Shown here: positions 37,010-46,000 of the stretch, one piece after another
How positions within the stretch are numbered: position 1 is the first letter of the stretch
Layout: the number at the start of each line of letters is the position of its first letter
Virus record (IMG/VR): IMGVR_UViG_3300020045_001345
Location: 1-64,000 of that record
Direction: 5' to 3' (one strand)
DNA length: 64,000 nucleotides
Origin: a virus
Taxonomy: Duplodnaviria > Caudoviricetes
The notes under the pieces: generated by a model
What the model saw: only the letters and a program-made list of their open reading frames with translations
Database searches by the model: none
What the model was told of the DNA's origin: nothing
Program-made: the position numbers and the translations under genes

Positions 37010-37978
37010 TCAATGAACTTTAGTGTTAGCGGCAGTTTGTTGACCAGAGCTTCCAGACATTGTTCCCAAGTTTACAATACCTTGAGAAATATGTTGTTGT
37101 TGGTTGGCAAGGACAGCCAATGCATTTGACAACACTTGCAATTGTTGTTGCTGCTGGCTTTGTACTTGGTTTTGATTAACATTTTGTGTTACGTTAATCT
37201 CGACATCTCTGCTACGCTGAACAGCACGTTGTTCAGCAAGAGCACCCTCTGCAACTGTCAACTGGCGATTGAGTGTTGCATCATTCTGAGCTATTAGCAA
37301 TGCTCTATTTTTGTCACTCTCGTCACGAATAGCTGAAATTATTGCATGTTGGGCATTTTGTGTAGCTGTTAAGTTTGCAACACCATAAGATGCTACAGTT
37401 TCCTTGACAGCTGAGTTGGCAGACAAAGAAGAGGCAATTGCATCTGAAATATTCTTATTGATCATTGCCTGACCAGTTATAATATTCGTAGAATGATTGC
37501 TAATATTGTTATTAATATCAGCCTGTGCCCCTGCTAGTGCCAATTGCACCTGTGCCTCGTTGTAAGGAATAGCTGCCTTAATATCCCCCAGTGTTTGTAA
37601 AACTGTAGAGTTATTCAGCGTATCTGTAACTCCAGCCAATGCGGCTGTCAATTGGGTTGGGGTTACAACACCACCCTCAGCACCACCTCCCAAAACACCG
37701 TTTCGATTCAGCAGCACACCGCCTAAAATACCACCGAGCAATCCAGCCCCCAAGCCGCCACCCACAGCAGCACCTGTACCACCACCTGCGTTTCCCATTA
37801 ACATAGGAAGAACAGAGCCTAAGCCATCTTTTTGATAAATATTCACGTCTGGAGTTGTCATTTCAATTTCCTTTTCAAGTTGTTTTACTTCCTGCTCAAT
37901 ATGAGCCGCACGTACAGCGGAAGCTGTCTCATGCTCTTGCAACGTAGATACTTCTTGCGGAATCATTTCTTCATCCAT
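37010..37978 (-). CDS. Gly-zipper / Gln-Asn-rich protein of unknown function (possible second start at 37861)
   Basis: GAAVGGGLGAGLLGGILGG; QNVNQNQVQSQQQQQ; AAGGAG RBS before MDEEM and AAGGA before MTTPD. Confidence 0.8.
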   Translation of the reverse strand: MDEEMIPQEVSTLQEHETASAVRAAHIEQEVKQLEKEIEMTTPDVNIYQKDGLGSVLPMLMGNAGGGTGAAVGGGLGAGLLGGILGGVLLNRNGVLGGGAEGGVVTPTQLTAALAGVTDTLNNSTVLQTLGDIKAAIPYNEAQVQLALAGAQADINNNISNHSTNIITGQAMINKNISDAIASSLSANSAVKETVASYGVANLTATQNAQHAIISAIRDESDKNRALLIAQNDATLNRQLTVAEGALAEQRAVQRSRDVEINVTQNVNQNQVQSQQQQQLQVLSNALAVLANQQQHISQGIVNLGTMSGSSGQQTAANTKVH

Positions 37979-38135
37979 TTGAAGCTCCTTTACAATAAGA
38001 ACCTCTTGTATCTCTACAAGAGTCATTCAGCCACTGACATCATGGCAATACTTAAATATAATGAAACTAATAAAACTTTAACATTAATAATTACAACTAA
38101 ACTTAAACTCTATTCCATTTATTGTCTCTACATAA

Positions 38136-38576
38136 TCAGAAATTACTGTCAACGTTCTTTGTTCTGTTGCTGCGTCTATCCTTAACCATTGCTTCCCTTG
38201 CCTCAGCGATAAGGGCTGGAGTGAGGGGGAACAACTCATTAGCTCCTTCTTGCTCTTTAGTAGGCTCGATGATAAGTTCTGGTTGTATTTCTGGCAGAAC
38301 ATCGGATGTAGGCTTTGCTGGCAATCCCATTTTCTTTGTTGTAACGACTGTGAGTACCCAGTTGACGGCTGCAAAGATACCGCCAGCAATAAGCAAAGCA
38401 GTTTCATTATCCAAAGGTATTTCATACTTAGTACCTTTCAACAGTCCAACAATAGCTATTAATAGTGCAGCAATAACAGGTTGACCTTCAGCCTGAACCT
38501 TCTTCCAGAAAGCTGGATTAGCTACTTGCTCACCCATCTTCATGAGATTGTAGAGAGCTTTTAATTTAGCAAACAT
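38136..38576 (-). CDS. holin-like membrane protein
   Basis: Two TM segments; directly downstream of the endolysin. Confidence 0.55.
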   Translation of the reverse strand: MFAKLKALYNLMKMGEQVANPAFWKKVQAEGQPVIAALLIAIVGLLKGTKYEIPLDNETALLIAGGIFAAVNWVLTVVTTKKMGLPAKPTSDVLPEIQPELIIEPTKEQEGANELFPLTPALIAEAREAMVKDRRSNRTKNVDSNF

Positions 38577-39013
38577 TATATAATTCCTTGTGAGTATTTC
38601 ATCTTACCGCTATTCATTGTTGCTGTTAACACTTGGTTTCTGTAAGGCTTATCAGCTAATCCAATATGTACCCAAGTTGGCTCGGCTATTAGCTGATCAA
38701 ACTTAATACCCGAATCACGTATCAATATTGCTAATTGTCTAGGAGTATATCCTGCAACACTTATGTCAGCAGCAAAGCCTTCAACATGAGCACTGTTTAT
38801 AGCCCCTCCAACAGCTTTGTTTAGTGCAGGGCTACGGTAGGCACTACTAACCTTAATTGGCTTGTTTACAAGGCTTCTAACCGCTTCTAGGACGGATGAG
38901 AGAGCCTTTAAATGTTCTATCACTTCCTTAGAAGGAGTGTTATCAATTCCTTTGGCAATTGCTGTGTTGGAACTGGTAAGCTCCTCTAATGTAAAATGTT
39001 CACTGAGGTTCAT
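38576..39013 (-). CDS. endolysin, peptidase M15 family
   Basis: SSAYRSPALNKAVGG..SAH..G.AADI, WVHIG. Confidence 0.92.
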   Translation of the reverse strand: MNLSEHFTLEELTSSNTAIAKGIDNTPSKEVIEHLKALSSVLEAVRSLVNKPIKVSSAYRSPALNKAVGGAINSAHVEGFAADISVAGYTPRQLAILIRDSGIKFDQLIAEPTWVHIGLADKPYRNQVLTATMNSGKMKYSQGII

Positions 39014-39158
39014 TTAAATCTCCAAAGAAGTATAAACGCCATGTTAGCTTTGTCTTAACACTTGTATGAAAAGACTCTGCCAACTTGAACATCATATACT
39101 CCAACACTGTGTATGTTACAACTACGCCTAACAAAAAGCCTAAGAAGAAAATTAACAT
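39000..39158 (-). CDS. small single-TM protein (52 aa)
   Basis: Hand-translated MLIFFLGFLLGVVVTYTVLEY...; TAATG overlap with the upstream gene. Confidence 0.45.
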   Translation of the reverse strand: MLIFFLGFLLGVVVTYTVLEYMMFKLAESFHTSVKTKLTWRLYFFGDLNEPQ

Positions 39159-39556
39159 TAGCCAATCACAGACTTAATACTATTCGCAGTGGCTAGGAGC
39201 CAACCAACTAAGAGTCCAACTGTTACAATAGTGCCAACTGTGACAGTGATTTTAAGCCATAATTTATCAAGTTTATTCTCAAGTCGTTCTAAGTCAAACT
39301 TACTTGCAAACTCTTTCTCGATTTCTTTTTTAAGCTCCCTTTGGTCTGAGACATTCTGTACATTCTGTTCTTTAATCATTACAATAACTTGTGCTACTTG
39401 TAGCTTGATTTCTGTTAAGGCTGTTACGCTCTTGTGATCATTTTCAGCAATCTTCTTCTCCATATCACTCATTCTTTGTTTCGCAACTTCTCTGGCGACA
39501 AGATGCATAGCCTCGTCACGAGAAATCATTTCTGGTATGTGCTCACTAGGTTCCAT
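39158..39556 (-). CDS. coiled-coil protein with C-terminal TM (holin/antiholin-like)
   Basis: Coiled coil then ITVTVGTIVTVGLLVGWLL; GAGGA RBS before MEPSE. Confidence 0.6.
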   Translation of the reverse strand: MEPSEHIPEMISRDEAMHLVAREVAKQRMSDMEKKIAENDHKSVTALTEIKLQVAQVIVMIKEQNVQNVSDQRELKKEIEKEFASKFDLERLENKLDKLWLKITVTVGTIVTVGLLVGWLLATANSIKSVIG

Positions 39557-39560
39557 AATG

Positions 39561-40067
39561 CTATTCCTCGTTAATAAAATAGACAGGGAATCCCTGATTT
39601 TGTAGTTGTTTAACAATTGCTGCTGGTGTGGCTTTATTACCTAAATTGACATTAGAGAGTTTTCTACACTCTATTAGAAACTCTGCACACTGCCACAGGT
39701 TATCTCTTCCAATATTTAATAAGCTGAGTTGTCCCTTGATTGCTTGCCATTTAGAATACTCCCCGACACCAACTTGTGAGAGTGCAAACTCTACTTCTGC
39801 TGAGGTTGTATCTGAGTTTAGAGGAATCCAATAGAAGCCATCTTTGACAAAATGTGACAAGGGTTTTATCCTCACCTTTGGGGTGACAGCCTCTACTACA
39901 AACAATCTTCCCCCTATATCCCACACAAGCCCTACATGGCAGTATTCAGATTCTGTGAATACACGAACAGCCTGTATCTGTAAGTCGTACAGGCTTGCCC
40001 ATTTATAGTGAGAGAGGGCTATAATATCCCCACTCTTGATATTACTTCTTATCTCACTATATTTCAT
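39561..40067 (-). CDS. permuted papain-like amidase (YiiX/YebB, NlpC/P60)
   Basis: SGDII, SEYCHVGLV, VVEA, WQCAE. Confidence 0.8.
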   Translation of the reverse strand: MKYSEIRSNIKSGDIIALSHYKWASLYDLQIQAVRVFTESEYCHVGLVWDIGGRLFVVEAVTPKVRIKPLSHFVKDGFYWIPLNSDTTSAEVEFALSQVGVGEYSKWQAIKGQLSLLNIGRDNLWQCAEFLIECRKLSNVNLGNKATPAAIVKQLQNQGFPVYFINEE

Positions 40068-40068
40068 A

Positions 40069-40380
40069 TTAGCTGGCTACAAAACCGTATTGAGCTTTCC
40101 ACACTCTTGCTAATGCTACACTGTTACGAGCAAGAGAGCTTAAATTTGACCAGTAGGTCATTGAAAAGGTTTGTCCAGCAGCATCTGTGAATACTGCTGT
40201 CAGTTCACCTTCACTTGCACCGTGTGTATCTATGTGGATGATGTGACCACCAGCGAAAGGGAGAGGAATACTGAGAGGGGATGTAGCATAGAAATTATGG
40301 TAATCTGCTAGCATCTTAGGAGGTACTACGGAAGGATCGTTAGTTGCTTCTAAGTATGCTTTGTTTTGTGTGTTTAACAT
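40069..40380 (-). CDS. hypothetical protein in the tail module
   Basis: ORF track; AAGGA RBS. Confidence 0.65.
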   Translation of the reverse strand: MLNTQNKAYLEATNDPSVVPPKMLADYHNFYATSPLSIPLPFAGGHIIHIDTHGASEGELTAVFTDAAGQTFSMTYWSNLSSLARNSVALARVWKAQYGFVAS

Positions 40381-40396
40381 TTTATTTCCTTTAAGT

Positions 40397-40777
40397 TTAT
40401 GAAAAGTATAACTTCTTTAGTGCCATGTTCTCTAAAGCATCAACAGCTGTGTTTAGAATAGAGTTCTTAAGTGTGCTATCCACTCCGACAATACCTTTGG
40501 AGATAAGAATGTCGATAGCTTGAGCTACATCTGGGCGTTTTAAATCAACCCATTTCCTGCTCTGTACATCCTTAATAATAGCTTGAACAAGAACATCTGT
40601 AGAAGCCAATACATTGTATTTTGCAACACCAAATCTGTCAAAGAATGTTCCAATATCTATGAACCACTCTGTTACATCTGAGGCATCTACTACTGGTTGG
40701 TTATTAAGTTCTCTTGAAATTTCAACCCCGTACAAGGTTGTAACAAGATATTCACCATCAATATATGTTTCTCTCAT
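40397..40777 (-). CDS. tail fibre-associated protein
   Basis: IDIGTFFDRFG; position. Confidence 0.55.
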   Translation of the reverse strand: MRETYIDGEYLVTTLYGVEISRELNNQPVVDASDVTEWFIDIGTFFDRFGVAKYNVLASTDVLVQAIIKDVQSRKWVDLKRPDVAQAIDILISKGIVGVDSTLKNSILNTAVDALENMALKKLYFS

Positions 40778-40785
40778 AGTGGTTC

Positions 40786-41274
40786 CTAGAATGTCCTATA
40801 ATTGTAACCAATGACAATAGTGGAAGTCTCTGTTAAAGAACTTGCCACCTCCACTAGTAGACTTGTGTTGAAATAGGTTGGTTGGAAAACTACAGGAATT
40901 CCTGTAGCGCTCGGAATTGTTCCTATAATGGAAGTGCCAGATGGTGCTGCATTAATTGCCGCTGAGGTTGAGTCAAATACTACAAGTCCATCAATTGTAA
41001 CTTTGATTCTATGAGTCCTAGAGGTAGCATCACCATTGATGGTGAATAGTAGATCTATCTGCCCTGATCCAGACACACTTAGAGCAGATTTAAGTATGTT
41101 AGCTGTTACTGCTCCCAGAGATGTAGTTTTCACTGTTCTGGTAACTTCAGTTGAACTAATTTGATTAACTACTCCTGTAAAGCCTGATGTTGAGTGGGCA
41201 TTTACTATCGACTTCGTACTTTTAAGAGCAACAGCACCAATCTGAGGTGTTTGAAACTCGAATCCACTAGCCAT
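40786..41274 (-). CDS. tail-tip/fibre structural protein
   Basis: S/T-rich beta composition; position. Confidence 0.55.
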   Translation of the reverse strand: MASGFEFQTPQIGAVALKSTKSIVNAHSTSGFTGVVNQISSTEVTRTVKTTSLGAVTANILKSALSVSGSGQIDLLFTINGDATSRTHRIKVTIDGLVVFDSTSAAINAAPSGTSIIGTIPSATGIPVVFQPTYFNTSLLVEVASSLTETSTIVIGYNYRTF

Positions 41275-41675
41275 TAGTAATCACCTCCAAAGGTTGTAAC
41301 ATTAATTGCTTTAGCAGCTGTTACCGTAGTTAATGAAGCTATTTTTAGTGTTGCACTTGGCTTTAAGAAGATTGCTCCACTTGTAGGAAGCCAAGGCATC
41401 AACAAAGGCTGCAAGCCTGAAACTGGTGCAGCAGATCCTGTAGTTCCTGCCAGAGCTGGCACAGAAATTGTCCCAACAATAAAGTCAGAAGCACCATTGT
41501 TGACTATTAATGTTAAAATTTGTGGTGCAGTGTCTGTAGAAGTAATTGCAAGTGTGTCAACTCTAGTGCCAAGAGCACCTGCCGTAACTAATATTTTTGC
41601 AGTAGTGGTATCTGCTGGTAATATTTGAACTGATGTACTGACAATACTACCAGCGAAGATTGGATTAGAAGCCAT
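41274..41675 (-). CDS. tail-tip structural protein (MASNPIF...FGGDY)
   Basis: Position and composition. Confidence 0.55.
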   Translation of the reverse strand: MASNPIFAGSIVSTSVQILPADTTTAKILVTAGALGTRVDTLAITSTDTAPQILTLIVNNGASDFIVGTISVPALAGTTGSAAPVSGLQPLLMPWLPTSGAIFLKPSATLKIASLTTVTAAKAINVTTFGGDY

Positions 41676-41740
41676 ATTATTATTTCCTTAATTATTGTGG
41701 GTGTATTTAAATTCTTAACCTATCAACTAAATTGTGTAGG

Positions 41741-42082
41741 TTAGAATCCTTGGTAGTATTGCAGCATGTGAATGTTGACACTATTTGCTATTTTTAATGC
41801 TGCCACAGTGGCAGCTGCACTCCCTGCGGCTGTTTGAGCAGCCAAAGCACTAGAAGCAGCGCTCAAGCTATAGTTGTAAGTTAGTGTTAAATTTGTTGCA
41901 GTTAAGTCAGCATTAGACTGTACAGTGATTGCCAGAGGATTCATCTGAGCTACAAACGCATTTAGTTCTGTGCCAAAAGTAGGCAAAGCACCTAAGAAAT
42001 TATTAGCATTAGTGTTAAATGTAGCAGCAGGTTGTGTCCTAGCAGGTGTAGTAGGTAATGCTGTTATAGTAGGTAGTGCCAT
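41741..42082 (-). CDS. tail-tip structural protein (PTTPARTQPAATFN)
   Basis: Ala-rich helical C-terminus; position. Confidence 0.55.
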   Translation of the reverse strand: MALPTITALPTTPARTQPAATFNTNANNFLGALPTFGTELNAFVAQMNPLAITVQSNADLTATNLTLTYNYSLSAASSALAAQTAAGSAAATVAALKIANSVNIHMLQYYQGF

Positions 42083-42990
42083 TAAGTAAGCCCTTCAATT
42101 GTGAGTGTGCATGTTGATAGTGTTGAGTAGGCTACATTTATCTCAAAGTCTTTATAGAATCCATAAATCAACATAGCTCCTGAAAGTCCTTCTGGATCTG
42201 ATTCATTTGTACCAGACCAAATGATAGGTGTACTTCTGTAACTGGCAAATAGTTTTTGTAGCTCTGTAACAGTGGTTGTTTCTAAGTATAAATTAAAGTT
42301 TCCACGCTTTGAGTATGGTCTTTGTGTTATTGTATAATTACCAAAAGCATCAATAGTTTTTAGAGAGTAATCAATGTTTCCCACTGAGCTTCCCCACTGA
42401 CTGTCGCCAATGAACTTCTGCTGTCCCATTACACAAGTGCCGATAGAAGGAGAGAACCCTGTATCTGTCGCAGTTATTTCAAGAGATACATTACTGTATG
42501 GTGGCAGGTCAAATAGCACTAAGTCATTAGTTCTGACAATAGGCTCAAAGAAATATGGATACCAGTCAATAATTCCTGAGTCTGATATTAATGAAACTGT
42601 GTTATCATAGACAACTCCCTCAATGGCGTCTGTAGCCTTTACTCTGACAGATGCTGCACTTATGTTAATAAATGCCACGCTGTCAACAACAGAATTTGAT
42701 TGAGTTGTTGTGACAATAGTGTTAGGATTTGTAGTAGTAGTCCCTACAATCTTATCAAACATTTTCCAACGGTTTGTATAGCCTATATTCAACCACTTTG
42801 ATGTGTCTGTTACAGGTTGATTTAAGTTTGAATTTACAACAGATTCATACACTTGGTGGGTTGCCACCACAATCACTCTATCACCTATTGAGTAAGTTGT
42901 GGCAGCACTCCAAGCAGCATAATCTGTCTCTGGGACATTAGAACTCAGCAATATTGAGTCTGTTATCGCTAGAGGTCTGATTATCTTCAT
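42082..42990 (-). CDS. tail-tip/baseplate-like virion protein with a CBM5/12-like segment
   Basis: Directly after the tape measure gene; AAWSAATTYSIGDRV. Confidence 0.65.
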   Translation of the reverse strand: MKIIRPLAITDSILLSSNVPETDYAAWSAATTYSIGDRVIVVATHQVYESVVNSNLNQPVTDTSKWLNIGYTNRWKMFDKIVGTTTTNPNTIVTTTQSNSVVDSVAFINISAASVRVKATDAIEGVVYDNTVSLISDSGIIDWYPYFFEPIVRTNDLVLFDLPPYSNVSLEITATDTGFSPSIGTCVMGQQKFIGDSQWGSSVGNIDYSLKTIDAFGNYTITQRPYSKRGNFNLYLETTTVTELQKLFASYRSTPIIWSGTNESDPEGLSGAMLIYGFYKDFEINVAYSTLSTCTLTIEGLT

Positions 42991-43023
42991 TTCATCTTTC
43001 TATTAATTAAATCATTCAACTGA

Positions 43024-46000
43024 TTAAACGACTTGAACTTGAACAGGAGTATTAGCAGTATCACCTTTTACAATCAAACCATTGACATTCCAGTTATCAA
43101 CAATCTTATAAGTTTTTGTAAGTTTGTCTACAACAGCATTGGCTTGTGCTCTAGCTTCACTTCTCAAATCTTTAAGCTCCTGAACAACTTCTCTCATCGA
43201 ATTACCATTCAAGAGTTCTTTAGTTTGAGCAGCGTTGTAGACATGAGCAGGAGAGCTATCAATCAACTCAGCACCTACTTCACCTACAAGAGCCATACCA
43301 CCTGAATGGAAACCACCGTCAGCAAATGCAGGAATGTTAGTTCCTTGTGCTGCTGATAAAGAGCTTCCTGTGGTGACCAAACTTCCCATCACTTGTGCTC
43401 TGATTCTATTAAGTTCTTCCATAGAAGATGCTTGAGAATCAGCCATAGCTAACAATGCTTGAGAAATAGCAGGAAGTTGTTTAGCGGCCTCTATGTCTCC
43501 AGCCCTAGCTTGAGCAGATGTTGTAGCAAATGTTGCTTGTAGACCTGCATAGCTTTGTGCTGTGTTTCCAGTGAGAAGCCCTTTGATACGCTTAACTTCA
43601 GCAAACAAGCTATCTGTCACAGATTGCCAAGCACTTCTAGCTGTGTCAGCTGCTTGTTTGGCAGCATCTCCAGCAGCCTTAGAAGCACTAGCAGCAGCAC
43701 TTTCAGCCTCTGCTTGATCTTGCAAGGCATAGATGCGTAACTGGAAAGGTCTTAACGATTCGTCCATTGCAGCCAACTCGTCAGCACGTCTAGCATTTAA
43801 TGCACCAGCTTTATCACCTGTCAACTCCATGATTTGTATTTCTAAACCTCTTCGCTGACTAGCAATCGCATTAGCTTTTTCTAATGCGGAAGCTTCATCT
43901 TGAAGGGCATAGATACGGTTCATCTGAGCTTGGAGGGTAGCATCTGTTGTGGCAAGTTCCCTCTCTCTACTAGCAGCTAAATTCTCAAGAGAAGTGTGTT
44001 GTAGCTCATACTCTTGTATGTCCATTTCCTTGCGCTTGCTGACCAAATCTGCTGCAGACAATGAAGCCTCTGTAGCAGGAACAATCTCAGCATAGGCTTC
44101 TGATAATTTCATCAGAGACACATACAGTTCGTAGTTACCTTCTCTATTGGCCTTCTCGACTTCAGCCCTAAAATCAGCCCTATCAGTTGGCATTTCTATT
44201 CCAAGTCTGGCAAGAGCCTCTGTCATAGCTGTAACAGCTTTAGCAGACTTTTCACCTTCTGTGTAGAAATTATCATAATAGGAAGACGACACTTCTTGAA
44301 GCTTGTCAATACCACCATACAAATCTATTAAGGATTGTGAAGCTTTGATACCAGCTACGTCTAGTGTGAATAAACTATGACCAAGTTGAGTCATTGTCTC
44401 GTTAGTGACAATCATCTCACTAGAGATACGCACTAATGTTTCAAAAGCACCTTCACCCACTTTAGCAAACTCTAACAACCCAGACATCACACTAGAAGCC
44501 ATTGTGTCAGCAGCTTTGGAAATAACACTGTTGATAGCTTGGGCTAGTGCATCGCCTGAAAGTCCTTTGAGAGAAATACTTGCATCAATTACTAAGTTCT
44601 TCAAAGCATCGTCAACTTGTGCAGCAGATACTCCAAGACCTTGAGCTGCAACTTTTAGAGTTGCTTCTAAGCTTGTAAATATCTTGCCGAACTGTGTAGA
44701 GAGTTCTGCTCCGACACCTTGTGTTTGTACTGAACTGGAAGTACTCTTGCTAAGACCAAACCAGCTTGATTTAGTTGTATCAACATTCGCGTATTGATTA
44801 ACACCTTGACCAGCTTGCAATTGGCCTAGAGTACCTTGTACTTTTAAACCAGCGTCTGTGATATTCTGGGTTACTTTACCCCACAGATTGTTAATAGCTG
44901 AGGAAATTTTACTCCCTAAAAGTGGCCCGAATAATGCTTTTGTTACATGAGTCATGGCACCAGATATCGCATCTGTTGCACTACCTTTAGCATTAATTTG
45001 ACCTTCTTTAATACCAAAGCCAGTACCCTCTGTTAATCCTGTTGTCTTCACAATTAGGTTAGCTAACCCTGACATTGACTTATCAATACTTCTTAATGAT
45101 TTCATCATATCAGACGTATGAGACAATCCTGTGTCAGCATACTGTTCCATCATCTTCAAAGAGTTTTCAATTGAAGCAGATTTGGCAGAGCTATCACCAA
45201 ACACTGTTCCAGTTCCTTGAGTTTTCTGAGCGTCTGCTGCTTTGGCTCCACCGCCAGAACTGCTTTTAAATCCTCCACCAACAGCAAAACCCAGTGTAGC
45301 AACTGCAGCAGCCATAGCAGCCATCCTTGCAAACGCTGTATATGGATCACCATTAGCTTGATTTAGAACAGCCTTTACCGCCATCTGCCCCATTTCAATT
45401 AAGTTCATTGCTACTTGAGCTGCATGAGCTGTTTGTGCAATTCCTTCCATAGTTTTGTAACCATTGCTTCCTTCTTCAAAGAAGCCTTTGGCTGCACTAG
45501 CCATGTCACCATACGAAGCTATTCTATACTCAGTTTCTTTGTTGCTGATTTTCTCTGTGTACTCAGCAAGCTCCTTAGAACCTTTTGAATACTTCTTATT
45601 AGCAGCTTCGCGAAGGTCGTCTATGTGAGCTTGTTTAGCCCCATAAGTGTCAATAGCTTTAGCGAATGGCTGCAGAGCAGCAGCAGCCCCTTTAAACGCA
45701 CCTTTAATAGAATTAGCCCACTTATCTACTTTAGAAGGATTAAAAGCCTTGTCAAGTATGTCCTGCGCTTTCTTAGCCTCTTCCAGACCACCAAGCTCTG
45801 TAGTTAAACCAGCAGCTTGCTTCTTAGCCTCTATTAAATCATAGGCAGCTTGTATCTCATCAAGAGTTCTGGCAGTACCTTTCTTAGATGTTTCAATAGC
45901 TTGCAAATCAGCTAATTCTTTAGCCTCTACAGCACCCTTAGCCATTCCAAAAGTGTCTACTAAACGTTGCAAGTTTTCAGCTTCAGCTTGTGCTGATTTG

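Noticed and set aside
38084-38425. Embedded Rz1-like o-spanin overlapping the holin-like gene
   Set aside because: No lipobox cysteine after the hydrophobic segment and no good RBS
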